From Blastocystis sp. Blastoise (Eukaryota; Protista; Bigyra: Opalinata), in the NCBI GenBank assembly GCA_039096225.1, contig JBBPEB010000027.1, forward strand, positions 124,001-188,000: a stretch of 64,000 nucleotides of DNA, given 5' to 3'. Both the position numbers and the translations under genes were made by a program. A model generated the notes under the pieces. The model was given only the letters and a program-made list of their open reading frames with translations, was not told the DNA's origin and made no database searches. Numbering within the stretch: the first letter of the stretch is position 1; each line of letters starts with the position of its first letter. This document shows, in pieces, positions 25,027 to 40,240 of the stretch.

Positions 25027-26068
25027 TATATACCACTCATAACAGTTCTGGGAGTTTCTTCACCACAATCAATCTCTTCAGCATATAATTTATCAGATCC
25101 TTCTAATTCCCATATTTTAGTGATTTTACCGACTTTGAAGCAAAGACGACATACAGGAGGGAGATCGGCAGGTACTATATATAATAATAATAATAAATAT
25201 AATAATAATAATAATAATAAACATAAATATAATAATATAATAAACATAATAATAAATAACATACATTCCTTCTTGACTGCTTTCTTTTCACCATAAGCAT
25301 CTTCTAAGATCTTTTGCAATTCAGCGTTGCAAGCGAATTTAGCACGAATGGGATCTAAGAGAGCATTCAAATAATCAGTAACAGAGAGCTTTAAATCTTG
25401 AGGAGAAAGAATACCATTCTTATAATCTTCTAAGAGAGCTTCCTTAGTAGCATATTCAATCTTACCACCATACTTTTCTATATAATAATATATAATAATA
25501 TATAATAATAATAATAATATATATATATAATAATATATAATATACCAGGTCTGTTAATAGTATAAGGAAGTTTAACGAGATTGAATAAGACCTATATATA
25601 TATTATATTATACTATATATATTATATATACATGAATAGCAAAAGCCATAACACCGTTAGTATCTGTATTACCAGGTTCACAGAAAGCACCTTTGATCTA
25701 TAAAAAATTTACATGAATTAGGAAGTATAAAGAAAGAAAAAGAATATATAAAATAGAATAGATTTAATATTCTATATAATATAGTAATAATAATAAAATA
25801 TATACCTTATTTGAGACAGCCTTAGGAGTATCAAGAAGATCAATCTTACTGTTTTCTACAGAAGAAGACATTTTATCTCCCGTTAATCCAGGAACCATGG
25901 TGTTCATAAGGTGAATACGACGCTTATAACCTATCTTAGGTAAATATCTAGAAGAAGAAAGAGAGAGAAAGAAGATTATATAGTGACAGCTATATATATA
26001 GATAGATATACTTATTAGCAAACATGAAAATCTTTCTTTGATCAACACCACCAAATTGGATATCAACC

Positions 26069-26150
<82 letters not shown>

Positions 26151-26786
26151 TATATATATATACATCAAGATATTGTTCATCAAGAGCTTGTAATTCAGGA
26201 TAAAGTAAACCAGAAAGAGCGGGGTTCTCTACTTGTTTAACAACTTCAGCACCAGCCTTCTTGGCATCATGAGAAGAAACAAGAGATGATAATTTATATA
26301 CATCTAAAGTATAAGCTTCAGATAATTGATAGTCAGTACCTCTAACAAACTTTAATTTATCGAGAGGAACACCTACAGAACGAAGCATACCTTTAATAAC
26401 TTCTTCATAATAAGCAGTTCTAGATTTTAATTGTTCCCAAGTACTTTTCATATTATCTAAATAAGCATGAAGATTGGCAAATAATACAGTAACTTCACAT
26501 CCAGCAGATAAGAAATCAGCAATTTTAGTCATAGGAACAAAATAACCAATATGAGGTTTACCAGTAGGAGCAGTACCCCAATAGATCTTAACGTCTCTTT
26601 TCTTAAGAATAGATAATAATTCTTCTCCACCTTCAACTTCTTGTAAGTTACGAGTGATAAGTTCATACTTTTCTTCAGGAGTAAGTTTAGAGCCAATGAC
26701 ACAATCTCCTAAAGAATAACAAGTAAAAATAAATGTTTAGCTTTATGAATAAAGATCATACTTGATACAGCAGATTTTCCTTCCAT
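24400..26786 (-). CDS. YARS1: Cytosolic tyrosyl-tRNA synthetase with C-terminal EMAP-II-like tRNA-binding domain
   Basis: [51 protein letters not shown]; C-domain [36 protein letters not shown]; all introns GT-AG. Confidence 0.95.
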
Positions 26787-27617
26787 TTTGAATAATTTAA
26801 TTGTTAAAACAAAACAAAAATGAGTTTATTAAAAAACAATAAAAAAAAATGATGAAGACTGTTCAATAAAGAATAACATGAAAATTTTCTGGAATCCTGG
26901 GAAAAAAATGAAATAACCAAACATGGCGCTTTGACATGCTTTCTATGAGTCACAAGAAATGAAAGCGTCATTATTGTTGTTTAGAATTCGTTTTAATTTT
27001 ATTTCGTACATATCTTTGTTTCTGTGGTTTATAATTTTTTTTATCTGAGATAATTCATTTATATATATTGTAAAATTAGTTAAAAGTATATTGACCAAAT
27101 AGAAACAAGAAATAGTACTCAATAGATAAAAAAAGTGTTACGTAAAAATGATTTGTGAGATAACACACATGGTTGTCATAAAAGAGTATACAAATTACAT
27201 ATGGCTATCATAAAGAAATATACAAATTATATATGTTTATCATAAAAGAATATTCAAATTACATATATTTTACATTCAGAAAAATGAATATATAAATATA
27301 TATATATAAACTAAAGAAGATGACATAAGAAACAATATACTTCAAGAATAAAAATAAAGAAGTATATATATATAGATATACATTATACATAGAAGCCAAA
27401 GAACTTGAAATAAGGAAGAAAAATATAAAAGTAGAAATATTTATTTTAGAATAGAAACTATACAATAATTAGAAGTGCATTCATAAATCAATTCTAATAA
27501 TATAAACAAAAACAAAAAAAAAATTTAAAAAAACATATAAGTTGAATATATATATGTATAAATAGAATGAGATGTATATATATACATAACATAATATAGT
27601 ACTATAACGATTTATAC

Positions 27618-27733
27618 TTATAAGCATTTGGCAAAGAGAGCATGACTGCCTCCATCTTTATATTCATCCTTAGTAATCCACATTCCCTTGAAGGAACCAA
27701 GAGAAGATAATATAGAACTAGAAGAATATATAT

Positions 27734-27803
<70 letters not shown>

Positions 27804-28138
27804 TATATATATATATATATACCCTCCCATCCATGTAGAGAATTGACGTTCAGGAGGAGCATATATACGTAACTTGACATCTTGAGGGGCATTCTCTTTT
27901 AATTCATTCAATAAACGATTACCAAAACCTATAATATTATAAGAATAAGTATAATAATAATAATAAATATTATATATATATATACATTTAGTCATAGTAG
28001 TACCTCCAGAAAGAATAATTTCAGAGAATAATTCTCTACGTATATCAATATCACATTTCATAATACTTTGTAATAATAATTCATGAACACCTATAGAAAT
28101 ACAATAATAATAATAATAATAATATTAATAATAATAAT

Positions 28139-28178
<40 letters not shown>

Positions 28179-29244
28179 TTAATAATAATAATAATAATAA
28201 TAATATATATATATATATACCTTGATATTCATATCCTAAAAGAGAAGGATTAAAAAGACATTCAGGAGCACGCCATAATTCACTATCCATCTATTTATTA
28301 ATATATAATAAACAAATAATATTAAATATAATAATATTAAATAGAATAATAATAAATATAATAATAATATAAATATATATACAGTCATTTTCTTTCCATC
28401 AGGAAGAGGATATTCAATAGGTTGAGAAGCAGCGTTTTCCCCGCGGGAAGAACGACAATAAGAGCATTGTTCTTTGATTTGACGAACTAAATCAAGTTCA
28501 GCTGTAGTAGCAAAAGTATATCCATTCTTTCGACATAATAATTGTAAATAATTCGTTACATCACGACCACCAAGATCAATACGATTTATAGCATGAGTCA
28601 AAGAAAATCCTTGATAACTATATATATATATATAACATGTAATAAAAATAATAAATATATATAACATGTAATAAAAATAATAAATATATATAACATGTAA
28701 TAAAATAATAAATATATATATACACAGGATAAACATGACTGACACCATCACCGATATCTAATACAACACCAGTAGAACGACCGCTAGCATATAAACTTAA
28801 TACAGCTTGAGGAGCAATAAATAAAGCAGGAACATTGAATGTATCAAAGAATATTTCAGCCATTTTCTCAGTTGATTTTTGAGGATTTAAAGGAGCTTCT
28901 GTTAAAAATACTGGATGTTCTTCAGGATTGACATTTAATTGATCCTTTGAGAAAATATATCTCCACATTTGTTCCATATCGTTCCAATCACTGATGATAC
29001 CATGTTCCATAGGATGTGAAAGACTAAGAACACCTCTGTATTGTTCAGCCTTTGATCCAAAAAGCTTGTCTTCATCTATGTCGGTTTTCATAGAAGGTAA
29101 TTTAGAATATTTAGCTTCACCAATATAATTTGGAATAACACAAGATGGCTTTTCTTGTTCAGCAAAACCAGCTTTAATTACTCCAGTACCGTTATCAATA
29201 ACAATAGGTTGGCCAGACACAAGATCATTAGAAACAGAATTCAT
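27618..29244 (-). CDS. ARP1: Actin-related protein 1 (centractin, dynactin)
   Basis: [72 protein letters not shown]. Confidence 0.88.
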
Positions 29245-30223
29245 TTCTATATATTAGAACTCTATGAAATCTTTATATAAGACGAAAAGAATAACAATAT
29301 TAATTAATAAGAAAAAAGACAAAATACTTTCAAAAACATATTGTTTATCATACATTCCATGAATCACTAGCCGTTTTATTACTGATTTTTTCTATTGAAA
29401 TCTTCAATTTTTTATTCTTCTTTTATGTGTCTTCCTTGGGAATCTCAACACTCGAATTACGAAACATTTTTATAATTTTAGTTTACTTGTTTATCATTTT
29501 TTAGAAATATTTATTTACTTGGATTAACTATATTATCATGATATCAAAAAATGAATCAAATGAAAAGAATAAGTCAAAATACGATTCCTAAAGTATCATT
29601 TTTGTATTTGACTTGATTATTATCTCGAATCATAAAAGAAATAGTTTTTTTTTTTGTTTATTAAAATAAACACTAAATAGCATGATCTTTGTTTTCTTTT
29701 TCATATGGATTTATTTTGTAATCATTATTCTATTTAAAATTCTGAATCAATAATTTATTATGCCTCAAGAACCAGCTGAATCTATTATTTTTCTTCGTAT
29801 AAAGATTGTATGTATCTTTCTTATATGAGTTACAAAATGTTAATTATTCTTTAAATGATTCAATTTTAACAATATTAATATCATTTTCATGTGTCATAAT
29901 CATAGAGAATCACTTTTTGCTATTTTCTTTTATGTATTTTTGAATGAATAATAACAAACAACATACTTGATGTTTATAATAATACCAATAATATATATTT
30001 GTGTTTATTTTTAATTTTAGAGTATAACTTGATATAAAATTGCGATTCTTTCTTTTTTAGAAATCATCCTGTTTCAGACAAAAACAGAAGCAAAGAACAG
30101 TTCATTTTTAAAATTATAACTTAATTCCAACTTCTTTTTCTTTTTCTTTCTTGTTTTCATTCTATTTCATTTCTATTTTGTGAAGAGCTAAATAAAAAAG
30201 TAGAGTTTTATTTTTTTTGCAAC

Positions 30224-30771
30224 ATGGTTTTTAATTCTTGGTCAGATCTTTTAGATGAAGTTCCTTTGGTATATATTTTATGTTACTTATTATAATGATA
30301 AAACAAATAGGAATATCTAATTGCGTTATTGATTATTGTTGGTATCTATTTGTATAAATCAATTGAAAAATGGTCTGTTGCAAAAGAGAAGCGAGATGAA
30401 GACAAAGGTAATTTATTTACTGATTATATCAGGATATGAATTACGATGTTGATTCTTCTATAGGACAAACATCAAGAAAACAAACATTAGATCATTTTAT
30501 GGCAATAGCAAGACAAAAACAACAGGAAAAAGTTTATAAGGTATTTATATATATATTTATAAATATTGTGATTTTAAAAGTGAATTATATTAATGTGATT
30601 ATATATTATAAATTTATATATATATATATATTCATATAAATAAATTTATATATATAAATATATATATATATATTAAAATATATAATTATATAGGCAGGTT
30701 TAGCAAAGGCACCTCTTCGATTACATCCTACAACGACATATGATAATGATGCAATTGATCGAATGATTTAA
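30224..30771 (+). CDS. Small single-pass membrane protein (~95 aa), unknown function
   Basis: Four exons splice to MVFNSWSDLLDEVPL-EYLIALLIIVGIYLY...ARQKQQEKVYK-AGLAKAPLRLHP...RMI*. Confidence 0.55.
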
Positions 30772-31132
30772 TTATTCATACATTTTATTTAAACATTTAA
30801 AATGAATTATTTCGTAATTATCTTCCTTTTTTTTTATTTATTTGTATATTAGTTTTTTTTTATATTATTATTATATATATATATTTGCATTATACGGGTA
30901 TTGAATATAATATGAACTATATTATTGTGTATATTCAATATTTTTTGAAATATTTATAGTTGCGTAGATACGATACATAATTGATTGTTTTTTATTTAAT
31001 AATAATATTTAGTGTATTAGTATATACAAGCAATTTAAGAAACAATATATGTAAAACATCAAATAGCATATCTAATAAATATATAAAACAATAAACTAAT
31101 AATGAAAATATAGATATAAGCGTATAAATAGG

Positions 31133-33489
31133 TTAATCGTCTTCATCCTCATTAGAATCATCATTTTCAGTCAATTTCTGTCGCTTACTTATATATTCTT
31201 GTTCTTCTTTCTGTAAAGAAAATAGTAATAGAATATTGTTATATAGAATAATAATATATGTAGATAACATAATATAATAATGTATAATAATATTATACAT
31301 TTAACATAATATAATAATAGAATACAGATAGTAAAATACAATAATTTATAATACAATAATAAAATACAGATAATATATCATAATAATTTATAATATATAT
31401 AACATATATCTAGTTACTATAAATATACAGAATCTTTAGTTTTTGTGGCAAGATATTCAGGGACTTTGAATGTAATGAGAACCATCATCTTTTTAGGGGA
31501 TACATCCCTCACGAGTCTCGTGCTTATCACGTGATCTTGAATAGACCCTCCCATGACAACACCAATTCTCTAAAGTATTAAGAAATAGTATTAGTCAGTA
31601 TATGAAGAGAAACAAAAAATAATAAGAGAATAGAGTATAAAATGAGAATAGAAACTTGAAATAACTATATATACATTAATAAGATCTTGTATAGGATCTT
31701 TCTCTTTACTAAATGCATAACAATGAATGGTAGGAAGAGAATAAGGCCAACCCTATATATATATATATATAAAGATATAAAGCAATATAATGATTAAAAT
31801 ATATATATATATAACCCTATTCTATATATACAATGAATGTTCCAGAGAAAACATCAGTGAATAACTCTGATGACGCAGGGAGATTCATAATAACGTCTGT
31901 GAATTGCTTTTTCTCTTGAATAAGTAGTTTAATAAAGTCTCTGCCATCCATATTATAAGGAGTAACCTTGGAAGATAACTATATATATATACAATAAAGA
32001 ATAGAATCAGTCAATTATAGAGAGGTTAATACTATTAATTATGATTATTATTAAACAAAATAAATTCATAAATAGATATATTTAAGCAATAAATATATAT
32101 ATTAATATAAAAAAATAATAATAAATATATATATATAAATAATAATAAAAATATATATACTTTATTTCTTTTAATATTTTCTTCTAGATAATAATAAGAC
32201 ATTGGATTCAAATCATTTGCATATACGCGGATTCCTCGTTTTCCCGCGGGAAGAGCAAAGGGTCCGACTCCACAAAACATATCTGCTAGAATGCAAGTTT
32301 TGGCGGGAAGAGATTCAACAAGGCGGGTATGTTCTTGTTGAAGTCTACTATTCCAATATACCTATATGTATATAGGTATATAAATATATGAAAATGTTAT
32401 AGAATTAATAATAATAGAATTGAATACATATATTTATAGAATGAAATATATACTTTAGCATAATCAAATCCAAAAATACATCCTTCTTCTTTTAATTCAA
32501 CATACGTATTATCTTCACCAGCCAATACCTATAGTATATTAGTATTATTATTAATATTAATAAATATTAATAATATTATATATGATAATAATAATAATAG
32601 CAAACAAAATAAAAACGTAATTAATCTCTATATACTTCCATATTAAATGTTCTAAAAACAGTATCAATTTTACCAGTTTTATTAATAACAGTTTTTACAC
32701 TTGGAGTTTTGTCAAGTAATACCTATTATATATTATATAGACTATTATTCTTATTATATAAATCTATAACAAATAAATAGAAAACAATATAAATATAATC
32801 TATAACAAATAAATAGAAAACAATATAAATATAATCTATAACAAATAAATAGAAAACAATATAAATATAATCTATAACAAATAAATAGAAAACAATATAA
32901 ATATAATCTATAACAAATAAATAGAAAACAAAAGATATATATAAATCTATAACAAATAAATATAAATCAATATATATATATAAATTTGAAATATAGTATA
33001 CTTGTCCAATATCATATTTCCACGGTAATTGTTCATCTCTTAAATTGAGATGAATCAATGTACCTACAGTCTCATAAGCACTGGGTATCTCCATTCCTTC
33101 AGGTAAAATCTTCTTTAATATCTATATTTTATAAAAATGAATATATTTATATATTCTATTAAAAGTTTACATACTTCTTCTGCAGTGTAAAATTCATAAT
33201 TAAGAGGTACCTCAAGCTTGACAACATCAGACAAATCTGATTTGATACTCTCAACGATATCCTTAGGAATCTCTGATAAAGTCGTGTCTTTAATCGAATC
33301 ATTTAATAAAATATATCTGTAATCAGGTTCATTATCAACTGGACGGATAACCTTCATTTTAGGTCGAATATAAATGTATTTAGCAAGAGATTTCCTGATG
33401 CTAGACACTTTTTTATTTGGTACTTTTACAGCTATGACTTTAAGCACAGATACAAAGTCCGAAGGTTTGAAATGTAATACCTTTTGCAT
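31133..33489 (-). CDS. TRM5: tRNA (guanine37-N1)-methyltransferase
   Basis: [63 protein letters not shown]. Confidence 0.95.
32761..32960 (-). repeat. 36-bp intronic minisatellite (about 5.5 copies) in TRM5
   Basis: Plus-strand unit aatctataacaaataaatagaaaacaatataaatat. Confidence 0.85.
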
Positions 33490-33810
33490 TCGTTTATGTA
33501 TTTAAAAAGATAAAACAAAAATTAATGACTTATTCCCATAAATATTTTAAGTTACAGTCTATTCTCTTATTTATAAAATTATATACTATTATTTTGAATG
33601 TATACTGTTCATTGTAGTTTGATTATTTTTGTATAAAATGTGGAATAGCAAATATAAACAAAATAGAAATGATACATAAAAAATTGCTTTCGCGTTTTTA
33701 ACATAAAGTATAGAAAAGAAACAATCACAAACTCATTCCTTGTTCTAATTATAATAGAAATACTAATAAAAAAATTGTTAAAGACTCAATACACTGGACC
33801 ATTCGATCAT

Positions 33811-35723
33811 TTAATGTTGAAGAGTAGAAACGGCCTTCTTAGCAGCATCATCAAGATCATCAGCAGCAATAACCTTTAAACCACTTTCTTTAATAATCTT
33901 CTTACCAACTTCAACGTTAGTACCTATATAGAAAAGTAATATATATATATTAAGTACATATTATAAGAAATAATAATATATAATAATAATATATAGAATA
34001 ACAATATATATAAATATGTACCTTCTAATCTGACAACAAGAGGTAAATCTAAGTTAGTTTCCTTAACAGCATCCACAATACCTTGAGCGACAACATCACA
34101 ACGGACAATACCACCGAAAATATTAACTAAAATAGCCTTGACGTGTTGATCGGCACGAAGAATCTTAATAGCAGAAATAATTTGATTCTTGTTAGCAGCA
34201 CCACCGACATCAAGGAAGTTAGCGGGATTGCCTCCATTAAGTTTAATGATATCCATGGTAGCCATGGCAAGACCAGCACCGTTGACCATACAACCGATAT
34301 TACCATCTAAACCAACGTAGTTCACACCAGCTTCAGAAGCAGCGACATCACGAGGATCTTCTTGAGATTTATCTCTCATAGCAAAGATTTCAGGTTGTCT
34401 GAATTTAGCATCACCATCAAAGTTAAGTTTAGCATCAATACAACATACACTTTCATCGTGAGTAGGGTTCTCAACAACAGAAAGAGGATTAATTTCAACC
34501 TATATATAATTATTTAATAATAATAAATATAAAATAATAAACATAATAATAAATATAATAATAAACATAATAATATATAATATACCATGGTAGCATCACA
34601 TTTAGTGAAAAGAGTATAGAGAGCTTCCATATTTTGTACGCAGTCATCTAAGAGTTTTCCTTCAACGCCAAGGTTCTTAGCAAAGTTGGTAAGAGCTACT
34701 TTATCAATACCAGTCTTAACATCAATGGGTAACTTGAAAATAGTTTCGGGCTTAGTCTTAGAAACTTCTTCAATATCAACACCACCATTAGGACTAGATA
34801 TATTATTATATATTTATTATTATTATTATTATTATTATATTAATAATTAAATGAATTAAAATTAAAAATAAAACTAAATATAAATAATAATAATAATAAA
34901 TATATATATACGAAGCAATCATAACGGGACAACCAATAGCACGATCTAATAAGATGGCGAAATAGAATTCCTTCTTAATATCAACAGCACCACAAATTAA
35001 GACCTTTTCACATAAAATACCCTTAGCACCAGTTTGCTTAGTGAAAATCTTATGACCAATCATTTGTTCAGCTAATTGAGCAACTTCTTTAGGACTATAT
35101 ATATATTTAAAGTTTATAAATACTATTTATTTAAATTATATAAATAATATCATATACAAGAAACAATTTATGGGTATAAAAAAATAAAATTAAATATATA
35201 TACATATATTGATTAAAAAACATATAAAAAACATTAAAAAAAAATTAAAAAATATTTAAAAAAATTTAAAAAAATTTAAAAACATTAAATAAACATTTAA
35301 AAAATAAAACTTACCTAGAAGCAAGTTTAACACCTCCTTGAAGACCAGAATCAAAGTGACCTTTACCACGACCACCAGCTAAGACTTGAGCCTTAACAAC
35401 AAATTTACATTGAGGGAATACATAAATAATAATCATTACAACATATAATTATAATTCGTTTATTCATTTGAATAAAAATTTAGAAAGTTATCGAATTATA
35501 AAAAAAAAATACATTGTCTCCAAATATCGTTAGCAATAGATTGAGCCTTGCTAGCAGTGACAGCAATATCACCTACTTGAGTAACACCACCATATTTGTT
35601 GATTAATTGTTTAGATTGGTATTCATGAAGATTTAAGAATCTTAAGGAACCAAGAGTCTTAGGAGCTAAACGATTGGCAGTATTAAGAGCAAGAGATTTT
35701 GATAATACACGGGATACAAACAT
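33811..35723 (-). CDS. Succinyl-CoA synthetase beta subunit with N-terminal mitochondrial/MRO presequence
   Basis: Basic, hydroxylated leader ending [11 protein letters not shown]; [57 protein letters not shown]. Confidence 0.95.
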
Positions 35724-36097
35724 TTGTCGATGGTATCAGAATATGAAAACTACAAATTATATATATAGAACTTATATAAAATGGTGATTAAATAATTTTC
35801 TATAGAAAAATGGTCTCTTATTCCTTTATATGAAATACCTCTTTTTAGGGTAGTTTCATTAAAGAATTATTTAGGGTCACAAAATGGAGAAAAAGGGGAA
35901 GCAACAAATGACATTTTTTATCTACCCTATATGAACCGATAGCTCCCGTGATTATCTATGTATTTTTTGGCTTACTTTCTTTGCCATTTCTGTTAAATAA
36001 TCATGGTTTTCTTTTGTACAGATCTTGAGAAAAAAAAGCATCCTCCTAAGAATAACCTAATAGATTTCAGACTAAACTCTCTTTATTATAATATAAT

Positions 36098-37236
36098 ATG
36101 GAAGAATTTACTGCTATTGTTGTCACTGCTGCTAATGCCAAGCAAGTATCATTATTAATTGTTTATTTATTTTAAGTATTCTCTGTTCATTAGGCTGCTG
36201 CTTATCAAATCGAATTAGAAGTCAGACAGAAAAAGGGTTTAATTGCCAAGAATACACTTATTCTTGCAGTTCCTGATCCTAGCTCAGCTCGTGTTGGAAG
36301 TGGTGGTGCTACTTTCAATGCTCTCGTTGCTGCTACTGAACGTCTTTCTGCTCGTAAAGGATATGCTTCTATTTCTCCTGATATTTTAAGTAACTCTAAA
36401 ATTGCCATTATTCACTCCGGTGGTGATAGTCGTAGATCTCCTTGTCAATCTCTTTGTGGAAAGGTAACTATTTGTGATTGTTTTTAAGAATTCATGTTTT
36501 TAATGGCTTTTTTTTATTGATTTAATTTCTTTATATAGGCTTGGAGTGCTGTAAATGCTGAAAATGAAGGTAATGTCATGACTCCTTTTGATTTCTTACT
36601 TCTTAACTTATCTCAATTATTTGCTGGCTCTCCTCCAGGTATTATTGTTTGTAGTTCTGATGTTTTATTAAAGTTCGATGCTTCTATGAAATATGATTGG
36701 AGTATGCCTGGAGTTACGGGTGTAGGTATACCTATGGATATTGAATATGGTACTAGACATGGTGTTTTTGTACCTAATGAAGACGGGTATATACTATACT
36801 TTATATTCTTATTTACTATTCTATGTATAACCTTGATCTCTATAAATTATCTTATTCATTATATATATATATATAGAACTGTTGCTAATTTCTTCCAAAA
36901 AGCATCTTGTGATTTCTTAAGAGAAAATGGTGCTGTTGTTAAAGAAATGGTTAATGGTGTTGAAAAAGAATTAGTTTATCTTGATTCTGGTGTTGTGTTC
37001 TTTGATGCTAATACTACTCAAATTCTTGTTAATATTCATTTATACCCCCCACTTGATGCTTGTACTTATATGGGTGTTGATGGTGGTGCTACTCCTCTTC
37101 GTATAGAACTCTATAGTGATATTATGGAAGCCCTTGGCAGTAGTCCTATTACTTATGATGAATATCTTAATAGTCCTACCTCCTCATCTCAGTATATACT
37201 CATTATTATATATTTATTATTATTATTATGTTTATG

Positions 37237-37271
<35 letters not shown>

Positions 37272-39721
37272 ATTAACTATTTATTATGAACTATTCATAA
37301 TAATAACTATGACTACAAGTCATACTATATCTTATCTATATATATATAGTATTGGTTTAGTAAAGGAAGCTCGTTCTATTTTCTGGAAGCATCTTCGTAA
37401 GATACAATTCAATGTCGCTACTCCTAAGAATAGCTCCTTTGTTCATGTTGGTACTACTAAGGAAACTGTAGCTCTTCTTACTACTCCTAATACCGAATGG
37501 TATCAAACTCTTAACCTTAAACCTGTTGTTGAATCTTATATTGAAAATCCTGAGAATTGTGAAGGTGCTGTTATTATTAACAGTTTATTAACACGTGAAG
37601 GAACTTGTGACGAAGGTTGTGTCATTGAACACAGTAAATTAACAGGTAACTATCATATTGGTAGAGGTGCTTTTGTTAGTCAAATTCGTACTTTCTCTGA
37701 TATTTGTATTGGTGATAATGTTGCTTGTCAAGAGATTCAATTGTATAATAATCTCCTTCATGCTAATAGTTATAGTGGTTTATCTGCTATACATGATGAT
37801 CTTGCTGCTCAACGTGATTTTATGTCTGTACTCCTTGTTTATGGTGTTAAGGATAATATTAAGGGACAATATAATGACCCTAAAAGCACTTTCTGTGGTA
37901 AGCCATGGAGTGAATTCTTATCTGTCTCTGGATTATCTCCTAATAAGATATGGCCTGATGTACCTGAGAATGATCGTTGTATTTGGTTTGCTAAAGTCTT
38001 CCCTCTTCTTCATCAAGGAGATAGTCCTTATACTTCTCTCTGGATGCAGGACATAGAACATGCTTCTCAACAAGATATACGTACTTGGAGAACTTGTGAA
38101 CGTATTTCTTTAAGTGATATCTTAAATCAAGGAGATTCTCTTACTTCTTTTGATTGGAGAAGAAAGATTAGTTTGGAAATTGGTCTTAAGAAGATGTCTA
38201 ATATACTTATTAATAAAGAAGATGAATGTATATTACCTTTTATTAAGAAGTTAGTTGCTGATGGTGCTATGATTGACCAAGCTTTCTGTACTTTAGATGA
38301 ATTAGCTTCTACTGGTCCTTTAGATACCGTTCCTCGTGTTCTCTCTACTATTGCTGATTTATTAGCTGAATTATCCGCCGGAAAGTATATTTTTATTTTT
38401 ATTTTTTTATTTTTTTATTTTTTTATTTTTTTATTTTAAATTATATATATTATATATATTATATATTATATATTATATAGTGGTGGTTTACGTAGTGGCC
38501 CTGCCCGTAATCCTGATTGGGAATTTGCTTTAAATAAACTTCGTATTGGAGATCGTGTTGAAGCTGTTTCTCTTATGGCTTCTCTCCGTGAAGAATGGCT
38601 AGATAGTCCTGAACGTATGGTAAGAGCCGCTAGACATTATGAAGCTGCTGCTCAATTATTAGTATCTCAAGTAATATTTAATTGTACTCGTTCATTCCGT
38701 CGTGTAACCCCTCCTTCAATAGGTACATGGGTAACTGCTACTGCTCCTATTCGTGCTGATTTAGCTGGAGGCTGGACTGATACTCCTCCAATTACTTATG
38801 AATTAAAAGATGGTGGTATGGTTATTAACGTAGCTATTAAGTTAGATGGACAATATCCTATATTAGCTAGTGCTCGTAGACTTAAAGATAGCGTATTAGT
38901 CTTACAACCTCCTGAAAATACTGCTTCTTCACCTATGGTCTGGAGAACCTTAGATGATATTAAAGATTATCATCAAGTATATATATATTATGTTATTTTT
39001 ATTTATTTTATTATTATAATATAATATAATATTATTATTATATTATATTATAATATAGCCTCTTGCTCCTGGTGCTCTCTTTAAGTGTGGTGTTATAGCT
39101 TTAGGTCTTGTGAATATGAATAGTGGTATTGAACTCTATAAACAACTTGATTTCAATGTTGGTGGTGGTATTGAAGTACGTATGTCTAGTAATTTACCTC
39201 AAGGAAGTGGATTAGGTACTTCTTCTATTCTTGCTGGTGCTCTTCTTGCTGCATATATATTATTATATTCATTATTTATTATATTCATTATTTATTATAC
39301 TATTAAGTATTATGTGTTATATTATTATTATTATATATGATAATCTTCTCTATAGGCTATTTGTAGTGCAGTTGGTTATGAATATGATGCTGATACTATT
39401 TTCCACTCCGTTTTAATTCTTGAACAATTATTAACTACTGGAGGTGGCTGGCAAGATCAAGTATATATATATTATAATCGCTATTATTTATTTATTTATG
39501 TATTAAATCTATATAATATTATTCTCTATTATCTAGGTTGGTGGTTTATTACCTGGTTTTAAGTATTCTGTTTCTCCTGATAAGTTCCCTGTAAACGTTG
39601 ATAGTAGTATTTTAGATGTAAAGGAAGATGTAGTTAAAGGCTTAAATGATCGTTTTATATTCGTATATACTGGTAGACAACGTTTAGCTAGATCTTTATT
39701 ACAAGTATATTTATTATTATG

Positions 39722-39790
<69 letters not shown>

Positions 39791-40240
39791 AATATAATAA
39801 TATAGGATGTTATTCGTCATTGGTATGCTCGTGAAGAGACTATATTACATGCTGTGAAAGGATTACAACAGAATACTTTAGTATGTAAGGATGCTTTAGA
39901 AGAAGGAGATATTAAGAAGATTGGTGAATGTATGACTACCTATTGGAATCAAAAGAAGGTTATGGCTCCTCAATCAGAACCTCTTTATGTTAAGAATATG
40001 ATTGACTCTGTTAAAGAAGATATTTATGGTTACACTTTAGCTGGTGCTGGTGGTGGTGGTTTCCTTATTTTATTAACTAAAGAAGCCAATCAATTAGAAA
40101 AGATCCAAGAAAAGATACGTGCTGTGTCTCAAGGAAGCGATGTCTCTTTCTACAAGGGCGAAATCGATACTAATGGCTTACTCGTTACTATCGGTGATAA
40201 ACCTATTGGTAATCCTCTTGTTGCTAAGAAGGACAATTAA
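36098..40240 (+). CDS. Bifunctional L-fucokinase / GDP-fucose pyrophosphorylase (FKGP/FKP-type)
   Basis: N-terminal VPDP..RVGSGGAT and IHSGGDSRR..CGK; C-terminal GHMP kinase RADLAGGWTDTPP, LPQGSGLGTSSIL, EQLLTTGGGWQDQ, LAGAGGGGF; 10 exons. Confidence 0.9.

Noticed and set aside
29760-29810. Possible first exon MPQEPAESIIFLRIKI followed by GTATGT
   Set aside because: Could not be joined in frame to a convincing downstream exon.
30224-30771. Selenoprotein S/K homolog
   Set aside because: Only the TM plus coiled-coil layout is similar; there is no in-frame TGA near the end, no Gly-rich tail and no visible SECIS.
33811-36100. Divergent SCS-beta/FKGP pair as a GTP-supply module
   Set aside because: SCS has an organellar presequence while FKGP looks cytosolic, and short divergent spacing is common in this window.
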